Below, piece after piece: positions 42,292 to 54,533 of a stretch of DNA of 64,000 nucleotides. The stretch comes from Paragordius varius (Eukaryota; Animalia; Nematomorpha): contig OZ176052.1 in the NCBI GenBank assembly GCA_964247055.1, positions 2,542,001 to 2,606,000 of the forward strand. Direction: 5' to 3'. Positions within the stretch are counted from its first letter, which is position 1. Every line of letters begins with the position of its first letter. Below the pieces are notes generated by a model. That model did no database searches. It was not told the origin of the DNA and was given only the letters and a program-made list of their open reading frames with translations. Position numbers and translations under genes: made by a program.

Positions 42292-42770
42292 TATATTATA
42301 AAATAAACTTAAGAAATTAATAATATAATTTTTCAATAATCATATTTTTTCCTCGGTACCAGGGTTTTATATTAAAATTTATATGCCGTTTTTCGTTTAA
42401 AACTGGATTTTTAATGTTTACCCAATAAATTTCAAGTATTATCACATTTTTCATTTTAGCGCCTCGCTTTTTAATTGGAATAATAGCAATAAAGTGTATA
42501 TTTAACTTGTTTTACGTTTTAAACAGCCAGTAATCCATAAATAAGAATTTTTTTAAAACCGATAACTGATTCAAATAATATAGGTTTCGCGTGTTCATTA
42601 TTTTAAATTCTAAAAGGGCGAGTACCCTAATGTAATACAAAAACCAAGCACATTAAGCATTTTCCGCACTTGACCTTACCGCTGCTAAAAATTTGATATA
42701 CACATCAAATTATAGTTGGTCTTCAACTTAAAATTTCCTAGTGTTGAATATGTTTAATATATATATATAA

Positions 42771-44990
42771 TCTATATTTATAAAAATTGAAAGCTGGCTT
42801 TGTGGTCTGTTTCCAGAAAACCAGCAGACCCATACATCCTAATGTCGAAAAAATATAATCATTTATGAATGACCCGACAATAGCTTCGCCCGTTTTTTAA
42901 ATTAGGCCCCCACTTCGGGATTTCATGTAAAAAACGGTTAGTCCACAAAAGTCGTGTTTTTGACAATTTTCTTGAAAACGTTTAGGACCATTGGATTTCG
43001 AATATGATTTTTTTTACTTATTTTTGTTTGCGTCTAACAAAGTCGGCTCGCTTTTTTAATTTGAGCCCTCTTTTTACCCGCTCCCCCGTAAAATGCCATT
43101 TTTTTACAAAAAAAACTGTCCACAAAAATATTTTTCGAATCTATTTTTCGCCCATGGTATGAGACTGTAAAAATTTAATAAGGATTTCAGGTGTTCCTTG
43201 TTAAAAGGCAAAAATTTTAATCGTGCTTATTTTATTGGCTGCTGAGTAAACAGATACTCGCTAAAAACTGCCCCGTCATATCGAAATAGCGTGCCTTTGG
43301 GGCTAATCAGAAAACCTATCAAACCATATGAGTTCAGTAGATGCTTAAAATATTACCCTTAACAAGGCAAAAATTTAGGTCGTACGGTTTTTTAAAATTG
43401 GCCGTTGATTAGGCCCTTCACGCTCTGAAAAATGCACCACCACAGACTGATTTTTAGTTTAGAGGCAATTCCTAAAACTAATGAGAGCATATATAATCAA
43501 TCATGATTCCAGGTATTCTCCGTAAAAAGGCAAAAATTTTAATCAAGCGCTTTTTTTATATCCTCTGGGTAGGGGGATACCCTCCTAAAACTGCGCCACC
43601 ACAAACAAATTACGTTGTTTAGGAGTTAATTTTCAGAAAACTTATCAGGCCACATTAAGTTTAATAAGTGCCTGATATGTTACCCGTAAAAAGGCAAAAA
43701 TTTAAGTCTAGCGGTTTTTTAAAATTAGCCGTTAATTAGGTTAGTTTCAAGGTTCGAAAATCCCACGGAGGCATATGTCAATCATAATTCCAGGTATTAC
43801 CATTAAGGCAAAATTTTAATCGAGCGTTTTTTCACCCCCGGTTAGGGGGCCACCCGCATAAAACTGCGTCATCATATGGATACAGCATGCCTTTGCAACC
43901 AAATTCCAAAAAACCTATGAGACTATGTGAGTTTAATAAGGTATAATATTTATTACCCCTTAAAAACAATTATTTTAGTATAGGGATTCATCTTAATTAG
44001 TCGCTAAGTAAATTTTTACGCCCTGAAAAATGCGCCCCGATAGAGCAATTTCTCGATTTTGAATTAATATTTCCAAGAACTTATAAAAACATATGGAATC
44101 CATGATAATTCCAGATATTCCCCATATAAAGGCAAAAATTTTGCCCAACGCTTCTTTACCTGCCCCTGGGTAAGGAGCTACCCGCCAAAAACTGTGCCAC
44201 TATATAAAAATTGCGTTTTGAAGCTAAATTACAGAAAATTTATGAAGCCATATGAGCTCATAAAAGCTTGAAATATAACCCGTAACTAGGTAAAAATTAA
44301 AGTCAAGTTTTTATTCGCCATTAATTTGGGACCTTTATGCCCTAAAAATACACCATCATATAACGATTATTTAATGTTGAGGTATATTTTTGAATAACCC
44401 ATGAGACGATGGTATCAAAGATCATTCTAAATATTTGCCCTATAAAGGCAAAAAAAATTTACTCAGCGCTTTTTCCACATAGGTCTATGGGTAGGGGTCT
44501 CCCGGTTTAAAACTGAGATGCCTAACAAAAATGGCTTGATTTTGGAGCTAATTATCAAAAAATAAGAAGCCATACGAGTTCAATAAACGCTTAAATTAAT
44601 ATCCATTAAAAGGTAAAAATGATAGTATAGCGATTTTTTCCGTTAGCCGTCAATTTGGAGCCTTTACGCCAGTAAACAATATATTAGTGTGAATGGACGG
44701 ACGGTTTTGTAAATTCTATGAAGCCGTTTTGAAAATTCTATGAGATCCTAACTATTAAATAATGTTCATATATGGATCAAAATTTTATTGAGCCCTTCCG
44801 AATAGCGCGTTCGCAGGCACCATGCACTATATATTTACCAAGGTAAAAAATTTAATACACAAGAATTTATAAAATCAACTGAAATGATAGTTTTGGAAAA
44901 TGCTGGCTTTGTTATCTGTTTCCGGAAAACTGGAGATCCATTAAATCCAAGTGTCAAAAAATATAATCATTAATGAATGCCCCTAAATCA
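42771..44990 (+). mobile_element. Helitron R3 with a longer array (~10 monomers), no recognisable 3' end, and a second 5' block at ~44895-44990
   Basis: A|TCTATATTTATAAAAATTG start; array 43200-44650 homologous to 4555-5815. Confidence 0.78.
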
Positions 44991-45239
44991 GGTTTTAAAT
45001 ATTATATATATACCCGATGTCAAAAATAAAGCTGTTTTTGCACGTTTCACCCAATAGCTTATGTTTTTTATATTTAGATCATTGCTGAATAAATATTTTT
45101 TGTTGAAATTGTTTAAATTTGGTGTGCTGGGGGCCTGTATACCCTTAAAACCGCCTATCAATATGTTTTTGAGGCTATTTTTCGCCAAAATTTTGAGATA
45201 ATAATAAATTAATTAGGAGTGCATATCGCGTAAATATAT

Positions 45240-46072
45240 CAGGGCTTGGAACCGGTTTAAAAAAAGTGGAACCGGAACCGCGTTGGTTTTTGAGAATGTA
45301 AAAATAGAACCGGGCGGTTCCTGAAATTTATAAACCAGAACCAGGGTGGTTCTTGAACAAGTGGAACCGGAACCCCGTTGGTTCTTTAAAATTTTAGCGG
45401 TTCCGGAACCGGTTCTTTACATTTAGAACCGATTCCATTTTCGGTTCCTGACTTTTGATTAAATGATTTTCTTAGAAAATTATTATAATAATAATCCAAC
45501 CAAAATATTAACAATTAAAAAAATTGCCAAATGTATAGTGAAAGAAATGTATGGCAGCATAATAAATGAAACAAATTATAAAAATATATTAGGAAAATGT
45601 ATAAGTACAAAGGTATATAATGAGTGTTAAACTAAGTATGGCATCTAAAAATTCTTTATTTAACTTTAAAAATTATTGCACCAAGCACGCTGGTCAAACT
45701 GCTTCTCTGGTCTTTCTACATATAATTAAGGGTGGAAAAAACTCCTTTCAACTGAGACCAATATATACTAACATGTGTATTATAAATAAACTTGAACAAC
45801 TATAAGTTTTTTTAGAACAGTAGAATCACCCAAAATTGAGAGAGTATCGCTAATATAATATTAGGCGTTTGGGTTTAGGTTTGAAATTTGAATATTTAAT
45901 ATGTAGTGGTACAATCAAATTTAAATAATAAAATAAAAACAGGGGTGTTTCCTGAAATTTTGGAAATGGTACCGGGGTGGTTCCCGGAAAGCGAAACCGG
46001 AACCGCGTTGGTTCCATCCTAATGGAACCGGTTCTTATAAAATCCCAGGAACCGGGTTCCGGTTCCAAGCCC

Positions 46073-46074
<2 letters not shown>
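45240..46074. mobile_element. hAT-type MITE with dense GAACCG(G) subterminal repeats
   Basis: TIRs CAGGGCTTGGAACCGG / CCGGTTCCAAGCCCTG; followed by a (TA)n tract. Confidence 0.85.

Positions 46075-46117
<43 letters not shown>
46075..46117. repeat. (TA)n microsatellite
   Basis: Directly visible. Confidence 0.97.
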
Positions 46118-46120
<3 letters not shown>

Positions 46121-46229
46121 CATGTTACGAAAGCAAAGGGCGCTATGCGTCCATAGAATATTATTCCTGCCCGTTCAATTTCATGAAAAAAATTTATAGG
46201 ATAGCATTATTAAATTGGTGTTTAGTGCA

Positions 46230-47300
46230 CGAAACTACTACAGGGTTAAAATTTAAAATATGGTTTTTAAAAATTTATGCTAATTACCATTAATCAACAT
46301 GAATGATATCCATAGTAATATGGTCGACATCAAAAGATAAATATATACAAAAATAAAACTTGATTAAACTGATATTTGAGGTTATCGTACTTTAAACTGT
46401 TTAGATAAATAAATTAAAATTAAACAATATAAGAAGGCAAAAATTATCAAAATGGTGCCAGTACAACTTTTTAATCATGATTTTAGCTTTTAAAATTATT
46501 TTATGGAAGCTTAGTGTAGTGTGACCGTTCCTATATGGGCTAACAACGGTTGTATGTTGGTTAAAGCATTTTTCGTTGAAGGCGAATGGTTATTGATCCA
46601 TTTCTCAGTCAAAAAAACGTTTTCCCAGTTATTCGAAATATCTTTCCAGTCAATCGAAACGGTTTATTTTTGATGATAAATATCAAAATAAGATATGAAA
46701 ATGACTTTAAATCATAAAGAACACACTAATAAGGATACTAATTTTTAGAAAAACACAATTATTGAATGACAATTTTTATTATATGCCAATAGTCATTAAT
46801 GACTTATTCTTTAAAACAGGGGGGCGCATTTTTGATTAAAAAACTGGCCGCATTTGAAAAATATATGGCATTCATAAATTGGATTTTAAATGTAAGACTG
46901 TAAAATACCGACACAATATAACAATTTTTTCCAGTTTTTGTCTATTGGGTATAATTATTTAAAAAATTGTTTAGAAACATTAATTTTACTAAAATTTGGT
47001 GCGCATAATTTTACAAATTATGGAATTCCAAATTTTTTGGGGGCCGCACATAATCTGTCGGCCGCGGTTGGACACCCATCTAAAATAAATAAAATAAGTC
47101 ATTAATGAATGACGGGCATATAATAAAAATATTTTAATAATTGTGTTTTTCTCAAAAATAATACCCTTATTAGTGTTCTCTTAATGATAAAAAGTTATTT
47201 TTATATTGTTTGATATTTATCATAAAAAATAAAACTGTTATTGACTGGGAAAATGTTTTTTTGGCTGGGAAATGATATATATGGTAACATTTAATTAACT
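46230..47300. mobile_element. R7 foldback copy with a hAT-like MITE (~46817-47080) between its inverted arms
   Basis: ATGCC..AGTCATTAATGACTTATT is inverted against AATAAGTCATTAATGAATGACGGGCAT; similar to 9750-11290. Confidence 0.5.
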
Positions 47301-48439
47301 TTTGAAGTAGTTGTCTAAAAGTGATAGAAAAAATACTAAAAATATTGGGTCAGACATGTTTTTTTTATATTTACGTTAAAATAATTATTTGGTGTACTAA
47401 AAAAAACTATGTAAAATAAATTTCCCAATCAATATGTTTTCCTACCCAAATTAAATTTTTTACCTCCGTTATTATTTTTCCAAAAAATTTATGCTCATAT
47501 TTAATCAGCAAAAATGGTTTAATAAAGGCTTTAACCTAAAATACCGCTTATTTAATATTACGAAGAGTCAAAAAACAACAGCATATGTTAAATTATTTTA
47601 CAAAAAAACCAGTTTTTTTAAATTTATACCATGATTTCTTTAAATTAAATAACTAAAATGAAAAAGGCAAACATTGGCTATTATATCTCACAAATAAAAT
47701 ATTGTAATATTATTATTATATAGCATAAAAAATTATATAGGGTTAAATCAAAACTCTAGATATATCTGGTTTCATAATTACAATATGCATTGTAATGGTT
47801 ACTTATTTCACACCATATTTGGGCAAAATGCAACACAGTAGTGCAGTGGTCAAACCGGGGCCCGCGGGCCGCATGCGGCCCTAAGAGTGCTTTAAAATTG
47901 CCCTATGACCATTTTGTTGTTGTTGATGCTAGGGTCGATTTCGGCTAACTTTAACATTGAAAATATAATTTCTCAATTCATTGCGAATACCGGATCTGGC
48001 GTTTAGTTCGGATATAATTGGTTGGTTACTTTTAGGATGTTTTTCCCACTTTGTTCGTCTTCTTCCTCTTTCACGTATTGATACTTAAATTATTTTTTTC
48101 TTGAATTTAAAATACACATCAACGAATTTTCGCTTATTTCAATAATAATTTATTTTCTGTAGATTCAATCTTGGTAATTATTTATCCAATTTGAAATGTA
48201 TAAAAATTTCCCTACATTAAAAGGATCTCAAAATTTTTGCACTATTTTTCAAAACTTAAAACGATTCATGAATAAAATATGGAATTTACCGTGGAGATTA
48301 ATCTAATAATAAATCATATAACATTTTTATCTAATGAGCGCCGCAATTAATATTTGTGGCTCTGAAGCAAAATACAAGTTGTGAATTGTTAAAATTGGCT
48401 TTGGTACATTTATAGATGAGAACAGGTAATATCGATCAT

Positions 48440-49560
48440 GTTGGTTTTTTGCGCGTAAAAGTAAATTTTTTAGCTTCGTTCATTTCTAATTGCTGGGTAG
48501 GGCTCCACCCACCTAAATGCATCACCATGCCAACGTGGCTTTAAAGCAATTTTCCAAGTTTAATAGACTGTATAAAATCAACAATTTTTAAGGTAATTCC
48601 CCCATGCTAAAATTTTAGTCGAGTGTATCATATATAACCCTGGGTAACGCCTGTTATTGTGCCTGTATAAAAAGTGGCTTGGAAACAATTTCGCATAGCT
48701 AATGAAATTACAAGAAAACAATAATAATTTTTTAGCAACTATTTAAGGGCAGAAATAATCTAAAGCTTTTAAAGACCACATGATTCTAACCCTATCACCA
48801 AACAAAACTACCTTGGAAAAATTTTTCATGATGCCTATAAGACGACAATTTAACCATCTTAATAAATTCTTATTTAAAGACAAAAAACAGGTTACGGATT
48901 ATTGATAGCATTACAGCCACATCTTATACACTCCCCAAATATTGTCAAGAAAATTTTTTTTACTTTTTGATAAAAAAATGTTAGTGTTATAAATGATATT
49001 CAACTAAGTGACAGTAACATGTGAGTGAAAACTACGAATGCTATTTAATATACACCTAATAGCCGTCCTAGTATGACATAATTTTAAACCAATTATTGAT
49101 TATTAATAATAATATTGATTTCAAGTATTCCGGTGTAGAAGAAAATTTAGTCGAGCATTTAATTAGCACTGTTAAGCTGGCTCCAACTACTACAAAAGGA
49201 GCCCCCACATATTTGATGACTGACATTGTTTTAAATATTTTCCATATTAAGGCAATTGTCGAGCGTAACAGGTTAGGAGAGGGTTTTGCCCTCTATATAA
49301 AAGCACCCATAAAAAACGGGCCATAAACGTGATTTTTGTTTAACTTTGAGACAATGTGAAATGGAGGCAAAAATTTCAGCCGAGTGCTTTTTTAATTAGC
49401 CGTTGAATATGTTTCCACTATTTGTATAAATTGCCTCTGGAGCTATTTTTTATATTTATATGATCATAGGAATAATGGTGTAGGTATTTCCCTTAAAAGG
49501 TAAATATATCCCAGCACATTTCCTATATTAACTCCTAACGTGCTCCCCACTCAATGTTAG
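48440..49560 (+). repeat. Old, degenerate monomers of the R3 Helitron satellite
   Basis: Scattered GGGTAGGG..CCACC, AAAATTTTAGTCGAG and AATTAGCCGTT motifs. Confidence 0.45.
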
Positions 49561-50281
49561 GTAAGTATATATATATGGCTCAATTTTCTTGACACCCTGG
49601 ACCATATAAATTAAATATTAATTTTCAATTTTTTCTAAATGCAAAAAATTTAGTTATGCACCTTGGGGACTAATTCACTTTTGGTGTCTAGGTTTCAACG
49701 AAATAAGCCATGGCTAATAGAACACTTCCATTATAATTGAATTTAAAATTTTTTTATGTTAACGATATTATTGGAAATTTAAATATGAAAAAAAAAAGTA
49801 TTTTTAATACTTCCAGACTTTGATATTAAACAATATTATTGTATAAAAAGTCATTGATGATAAATTATAATATAGTTTGCTAATCTTTATATGATTAAAA
49901 AGCTGAATTTGGGTATAATTGATTTTTTCCAGATTTAATTGGTTAAAACATTGTCGTATTTTTCGTCACCTATTTTACAATAAATTTCGATTGCGTTTTA
50001 GGTAATGGATGCGAATAAATGATTTCAAATTGATATCAAAATAACTAACTTTAATTATTTCAATGCTAAACTATGATGGTGAAATAATTTAATTATATAG
50101 GTAATATTCATCAAGTGGCCATTGAATTTAGAATTTCATTTTTATGTGCGTAAAAATGTTTAATTTTTTGTAAGTGGGCTTACCAATTGATTATAGGAGC
50201 AAGATATTAAAATATTTGAAGGTATATAAACAGCTTATTTTTAATAAAAGATCATTATATATTTTCTGCAATATTCGAATT

Positions 50282-51139
50282 ATGAAATTTTTGTCTGCAA
50301 TTATTCATTTACAGGTACATTTATTTTTACTGTTTATATTTTATATCAAATACATATAACCATAACTGAATATGCAATATTTTAAATTTAGATTATTTTG
50401 ATTGGGATACAATTTCTCATCGAAGAAATTCTACCCAGATTGAATCCAGATTATAAGCTAATTTTATATAATGCTGATAACCTTTTATCAAGTTTCAGAT
50501 TACTTTTTTAAACACGATTTAAACAATTGTAATCATTATTTATTTGTTGCTATAAAAATAAAATTAAGAATATCATGGAACTTTATTGTTTTATGTTTTT
50601 GAGTTCACACAAAGCTTTGGATTTCTAAATATTTACATATTTTGATGATTAAATCAATCAAAGTCGTAGGCATGTATATAAATCACAATATTATATAAAA
50701 TTATGTTTCCGTCACGTTAGATTTACATCAAACTGAATGGCAACACAACGCTTGGCCTTCATCATATTTCCTTGAAACTTTTGGTTTAGGTGTGAATGCT
50801 AGACCAGGGAACGGAAGAGGGGGTGGACGAGGACACGGTGTTGGTGGTTGGGGAGCAGGGCACGGCGGTTTAGGTTGGGGTCCACTCAGACCAAGTTTTG
50901 GAGGTTACCGCTCTCGGTAAATTTTTTTAGATTAATCTAACATAATATACATAATTATAATATACAATATATATGTATAAACTAATGTAAAAACATGCGA
51001 GAAAGTTGTCCATTATAAAAAATTATATTATAACGTTATTGATAATTTTCAAATTAGTTTTGGTGGATATGGTGGTTTTGGCGGATATGGAGGATATCCA
51101 GGATACTTTGGAGGTTATGAGTATGATGGGTATCCATGA
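50282..51139 (+). CDS. Predicted 4-exon gene for a 136-aa Gly/Tyr-rich, probably secreted protein. Exons 50282-50314, 50392-50491, 50721-50916, 51058-51139.
   Basis: AG/GT junctions with phases 0, 1, 2 give MKFLSAIIHLQIILIGIQFLIEE...ARPGNGRGGGRGHGVGGWGAGHGGLGWGPLRPSFGGYRSRFGGYGGFGGYGGYPGYFGGYEYDGYP*. Exons 3-4 form a clear GC-rich island; exons 1-2 are less certain. Confidence 0.65.
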
Positions 51140-52240
51140 TTCGGCGGAGGCTGTTTCGGTTTTGGCTATGATTTATACTACAATGGAAATTGCTGTACTA
51201 GAACAAACAGACACAATCACAATAGCCTTAGAGATCTTACACATTTCTTTTTTTCCATTTTGTGCTCAAAAATAAATTACTATATGTCATATAATAGTTT
51301 TAATATTAGGCGGATGGTTCCTCTATTAAAATATAACCTAAAATGACTAAAAGTCTAAGAATAAGTTTCAAAACGATACTTTTCAAATACTATCATTTTG
51401 ATTTTTCTGCTATTATCCAAAAAACAATAGCATATTGGGACAAATTATAAGTCTACTTTTTAAGTGCCATTTTGTAAATTTAAAATTGATTTCATTTAAG
51501 TACATATATATGTGGAAAGAAAATCGGTCAAACAGCTAGAAATTTTTTTAGAGTTAATATATTATTTTTGTATCCGGTTTAACATTAAAGTAAAGTTTTG
51601 GATATATAGACAAATGTGCTTTATCTTTTGAAAGTGCGCATAAGACTGAATCTCAAATGGTAGTCATTTAAATCAATCTGGTGTATAAATTATTTGGGTT
51701 GTTGTTCAAAATCTCCAATCCATAAATAATCAAAAATTTTCACAGAGGAGATAATTTAAAAATACAAATAAATTAATATTATTAGGGTTACATTATAAAA
51801 TTAAAAAATCTTCAAATAAGCGTTTGGTTTGCCCTTTTAATAATAATCATTAATATAAAAATTATTTTACATAGTGGATACTAAAATGCATAGTTACACC
51901 GCAAATTTAAGTCATAATATTATAAAATATCAAGAATGCTTTAAATTTCATTTCTAGTGTTTGTAATTTAAAAATATATGCCTTCCAAAGAAAATAATTA
52001 ATATTGATGTAATGGTAATTTAAACAATTAAAAATGTCTTTTTTCCGACATAAAAGCAATAAATAAGTAAATCAAAAAACAATTTTATGAATAGCCATCT
52101 ACACAAGGTTTGAGCGATTTCATCCATTAGTTTTAAAATATTTGTTGATAAAACCCTCTCGGCGGGTTTGTCGCTTCCTGCCAACATTAACTAATGTATA
52201 CATTAGCATAAATCTTATAGAGTTTTCATTACTCTTTTAA

Positions 52241-52813
52241 CACTTCGATTCAAATTGGGGTGTCTAAAAATCCCAGACATAATTTGGATTAGGATTTCTA
52301 AAAAACTACTAATTGAAACGGTCCTAATTTAAATTTATGCTTTTATCCTAATAAGAATTATATAAATATGCAAAAAATTCAAAATAAAATTCTGTTTTGA
52401 AAAAAAGTTACATGTCAAACTACTTCGACGCCATTTTTATTTTACAAAATTTTTGCAAAATATCGTCTTTATTTAATTTTGAAGGTAAAATTAAAGCTAA
52501 TTATTTAAATCAAATTAAACAATGATAGAAATAGAAAGAGCGGTATATTTTGTATTATTTTTAATTTTACCATACACATGTCACGTTGGCTAAATTTTTA
52601 CCTTTCGGTTTTAGCTTAAAATAAGTAATATCAAGTATTTTTGAATAATTTTTTTTATATATTTCGGTTTATTAATGTTATATAAGTGCAAAATTTTGCC
52701 ATGGTTTCGATTTCTTCCATATTTTTAAAAGAATTTAATTTTAAACAGGCCTGGGGTATTTAACTACCCCAATTTGAATCGAAAGACTAAAATGAATGTG
52801 TTGTATCCAAGTG
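52241..52813. mobile_element. Intact R5 MITE with TTAA target-site duplication (piggyBac-type)
   Basis: TTAA|CACTT...AAGTG|TTAA with inverted subterminal GATTCAAATTGGGG / CCCCAATTTGAATC. Confidence 0.8.
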
Positions 52814-53340
52814 TTAAATTGTTGGATATTACAAAGAAAATATTTTTTAGTGAAATTTTGGTAAATAAATCACATAATTTCACAAAATTCTTCGGTGAAA
52901 TGATAATTATAATCAGATTTACTATTAAAATAGTAAATATCAGAAAAAACAGAAAAATTTGTTGTTTAGTGTTATGATCAAACATAAGCCACGTGAATAA
53001 GTTTTTTAGAGCGGTAGTTTTATTTTTTTAGGAGCAAATCTCTATAAATATTGATAAAATTTAACTCGATCCATTCATAGGGCTATTTTTTATTATTGAT
53101 ATCCGTGCGTCTTTTTAAATATGTGGGTAACTTTGACAATGGCTAAAAACTATTAGTCGATCTCTTAAAATGCTACAAAATTTATTTGACTATTTCAAGA
53201 GATTATTACCTTGCTTATACACATATGGATACTATCATAAATTTTTGTTTTAGAAACCAATGACTGATCCAATTAAAATAACTAAGGCTTCTCAATCCCC
53301 AGAATCTAGTATTTATATAATATAAATTGTATGGTCTATT

Positions 53341-54533
53341 CACTGCGTCCGAAATCGGGAAAAAATAACGTGATGAAATATATATATTCTGAGAGGAAAA
53401 TGTATCAGGATTATCATGTTGCTTACCCTTACGAGTTTAAGAAGGTTTTTAAGCTTTTGTGGTAAACGCTCCATATCAGAAAATGGCAAAATTTGGGCAC
53501 ATTTTTAAATAATTTTTATGGTGAAAACTAGAGGCTTCATTCCTAAAAATTTAACTAAAATATTAAAAACTACAAAAAGGCAAAACAAGATAAAAAATTT
53601 TTAGATGTGGGCTCCGAAAGTCCCAAATTTTTTCGCTCTTCTAAAATGCAAGTCATCCTCAAATAAACGCAAAAATGCCGGGATTGCGCGATAAATAAAT
53701 ATATGATAAATTTTGATATCAACTAAAAATATTTTTTTAAAAATGCATACTTTTTTTAGCAAAAATTGTTGAAGCTCATACTTCATACAATTTTGAGCCA
53801 TGATAAAAACGATATAAATACTTTGAGAGATTGTGGAAACATTTTTCCATATAATTCCATATGCTGAACATTTCTATCGCTTCAAATAATTTAGATGCTC
53901 GTTTGCATAAAAACTTCGCTGTATTTTAAAAAACACAATTTTTCTAGCAAAAATCTGACGACCATCGAATATTTAAATCAAAGTTCTGAGTTAATAGCAA
54001 TGTTTAGCCTCAAATTATATAAAAAAGTGTTTTTATAAAATAAAAGCGTTTTTATACCGTTTCCATCATGCCTCAAAGTAGTTTAAAGTACGCTTGGACA
54101 ATATTTTGCTAAAAATAAAAGAAAGTATGCATTTTTAAGAATAATTTTTAGTTAATATTAAATTTTTTGAATTTTTATCGCACAATCCCGGCTTTTTGCG
54201 TTTATTTTAAGATGACTACCCATTTTACAAGAGCAAAAAAGTTTGGAACTTTTGGAGCCCACATCTAAAAATTAATTTTTTTAAAAATATTGTTTTGTCT
54301 TTTATATGTAGTTTTTATATAGTATTATTTTTATGAATGAAGCCTCTAGCTTTCACAAAAAAAATATTTAAGACCAAATTTTGCCATTTTCTGATATTAA
54401 AAACTTACCACAAAAGTGTATGTAACTTTCTTAAATCACTCGTAACAGCCCGAACCATAAACATCATGATAATCCTGATAATTTTTCTATCAGAATATAT
54501 ATTTAATCAGGTTATTTTTTTGTGGACACTGTG
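53341..54533. mobile_element. Uninterrupted R2 foldback element (~1.2 kb palindrome)
   Basis: CACTGCGTCCG...GGACACTGTG termini; arms are reverse complements over about 500 bp. Confidence 0.82.

Noticed and set aside
50737-50790. Alternative start MATQRLAFIIF for the Gly-rich gene
   Set aside because: It needs a frameshift to reach the Gly-rich frame, whereas the spliced model is open without one.
51006-51275. 89-aa ORF MSIIKNY...
   Set aside because: It is the wrong frame of the Gly-rich last exon; the GGN-rich frame is the coding one.
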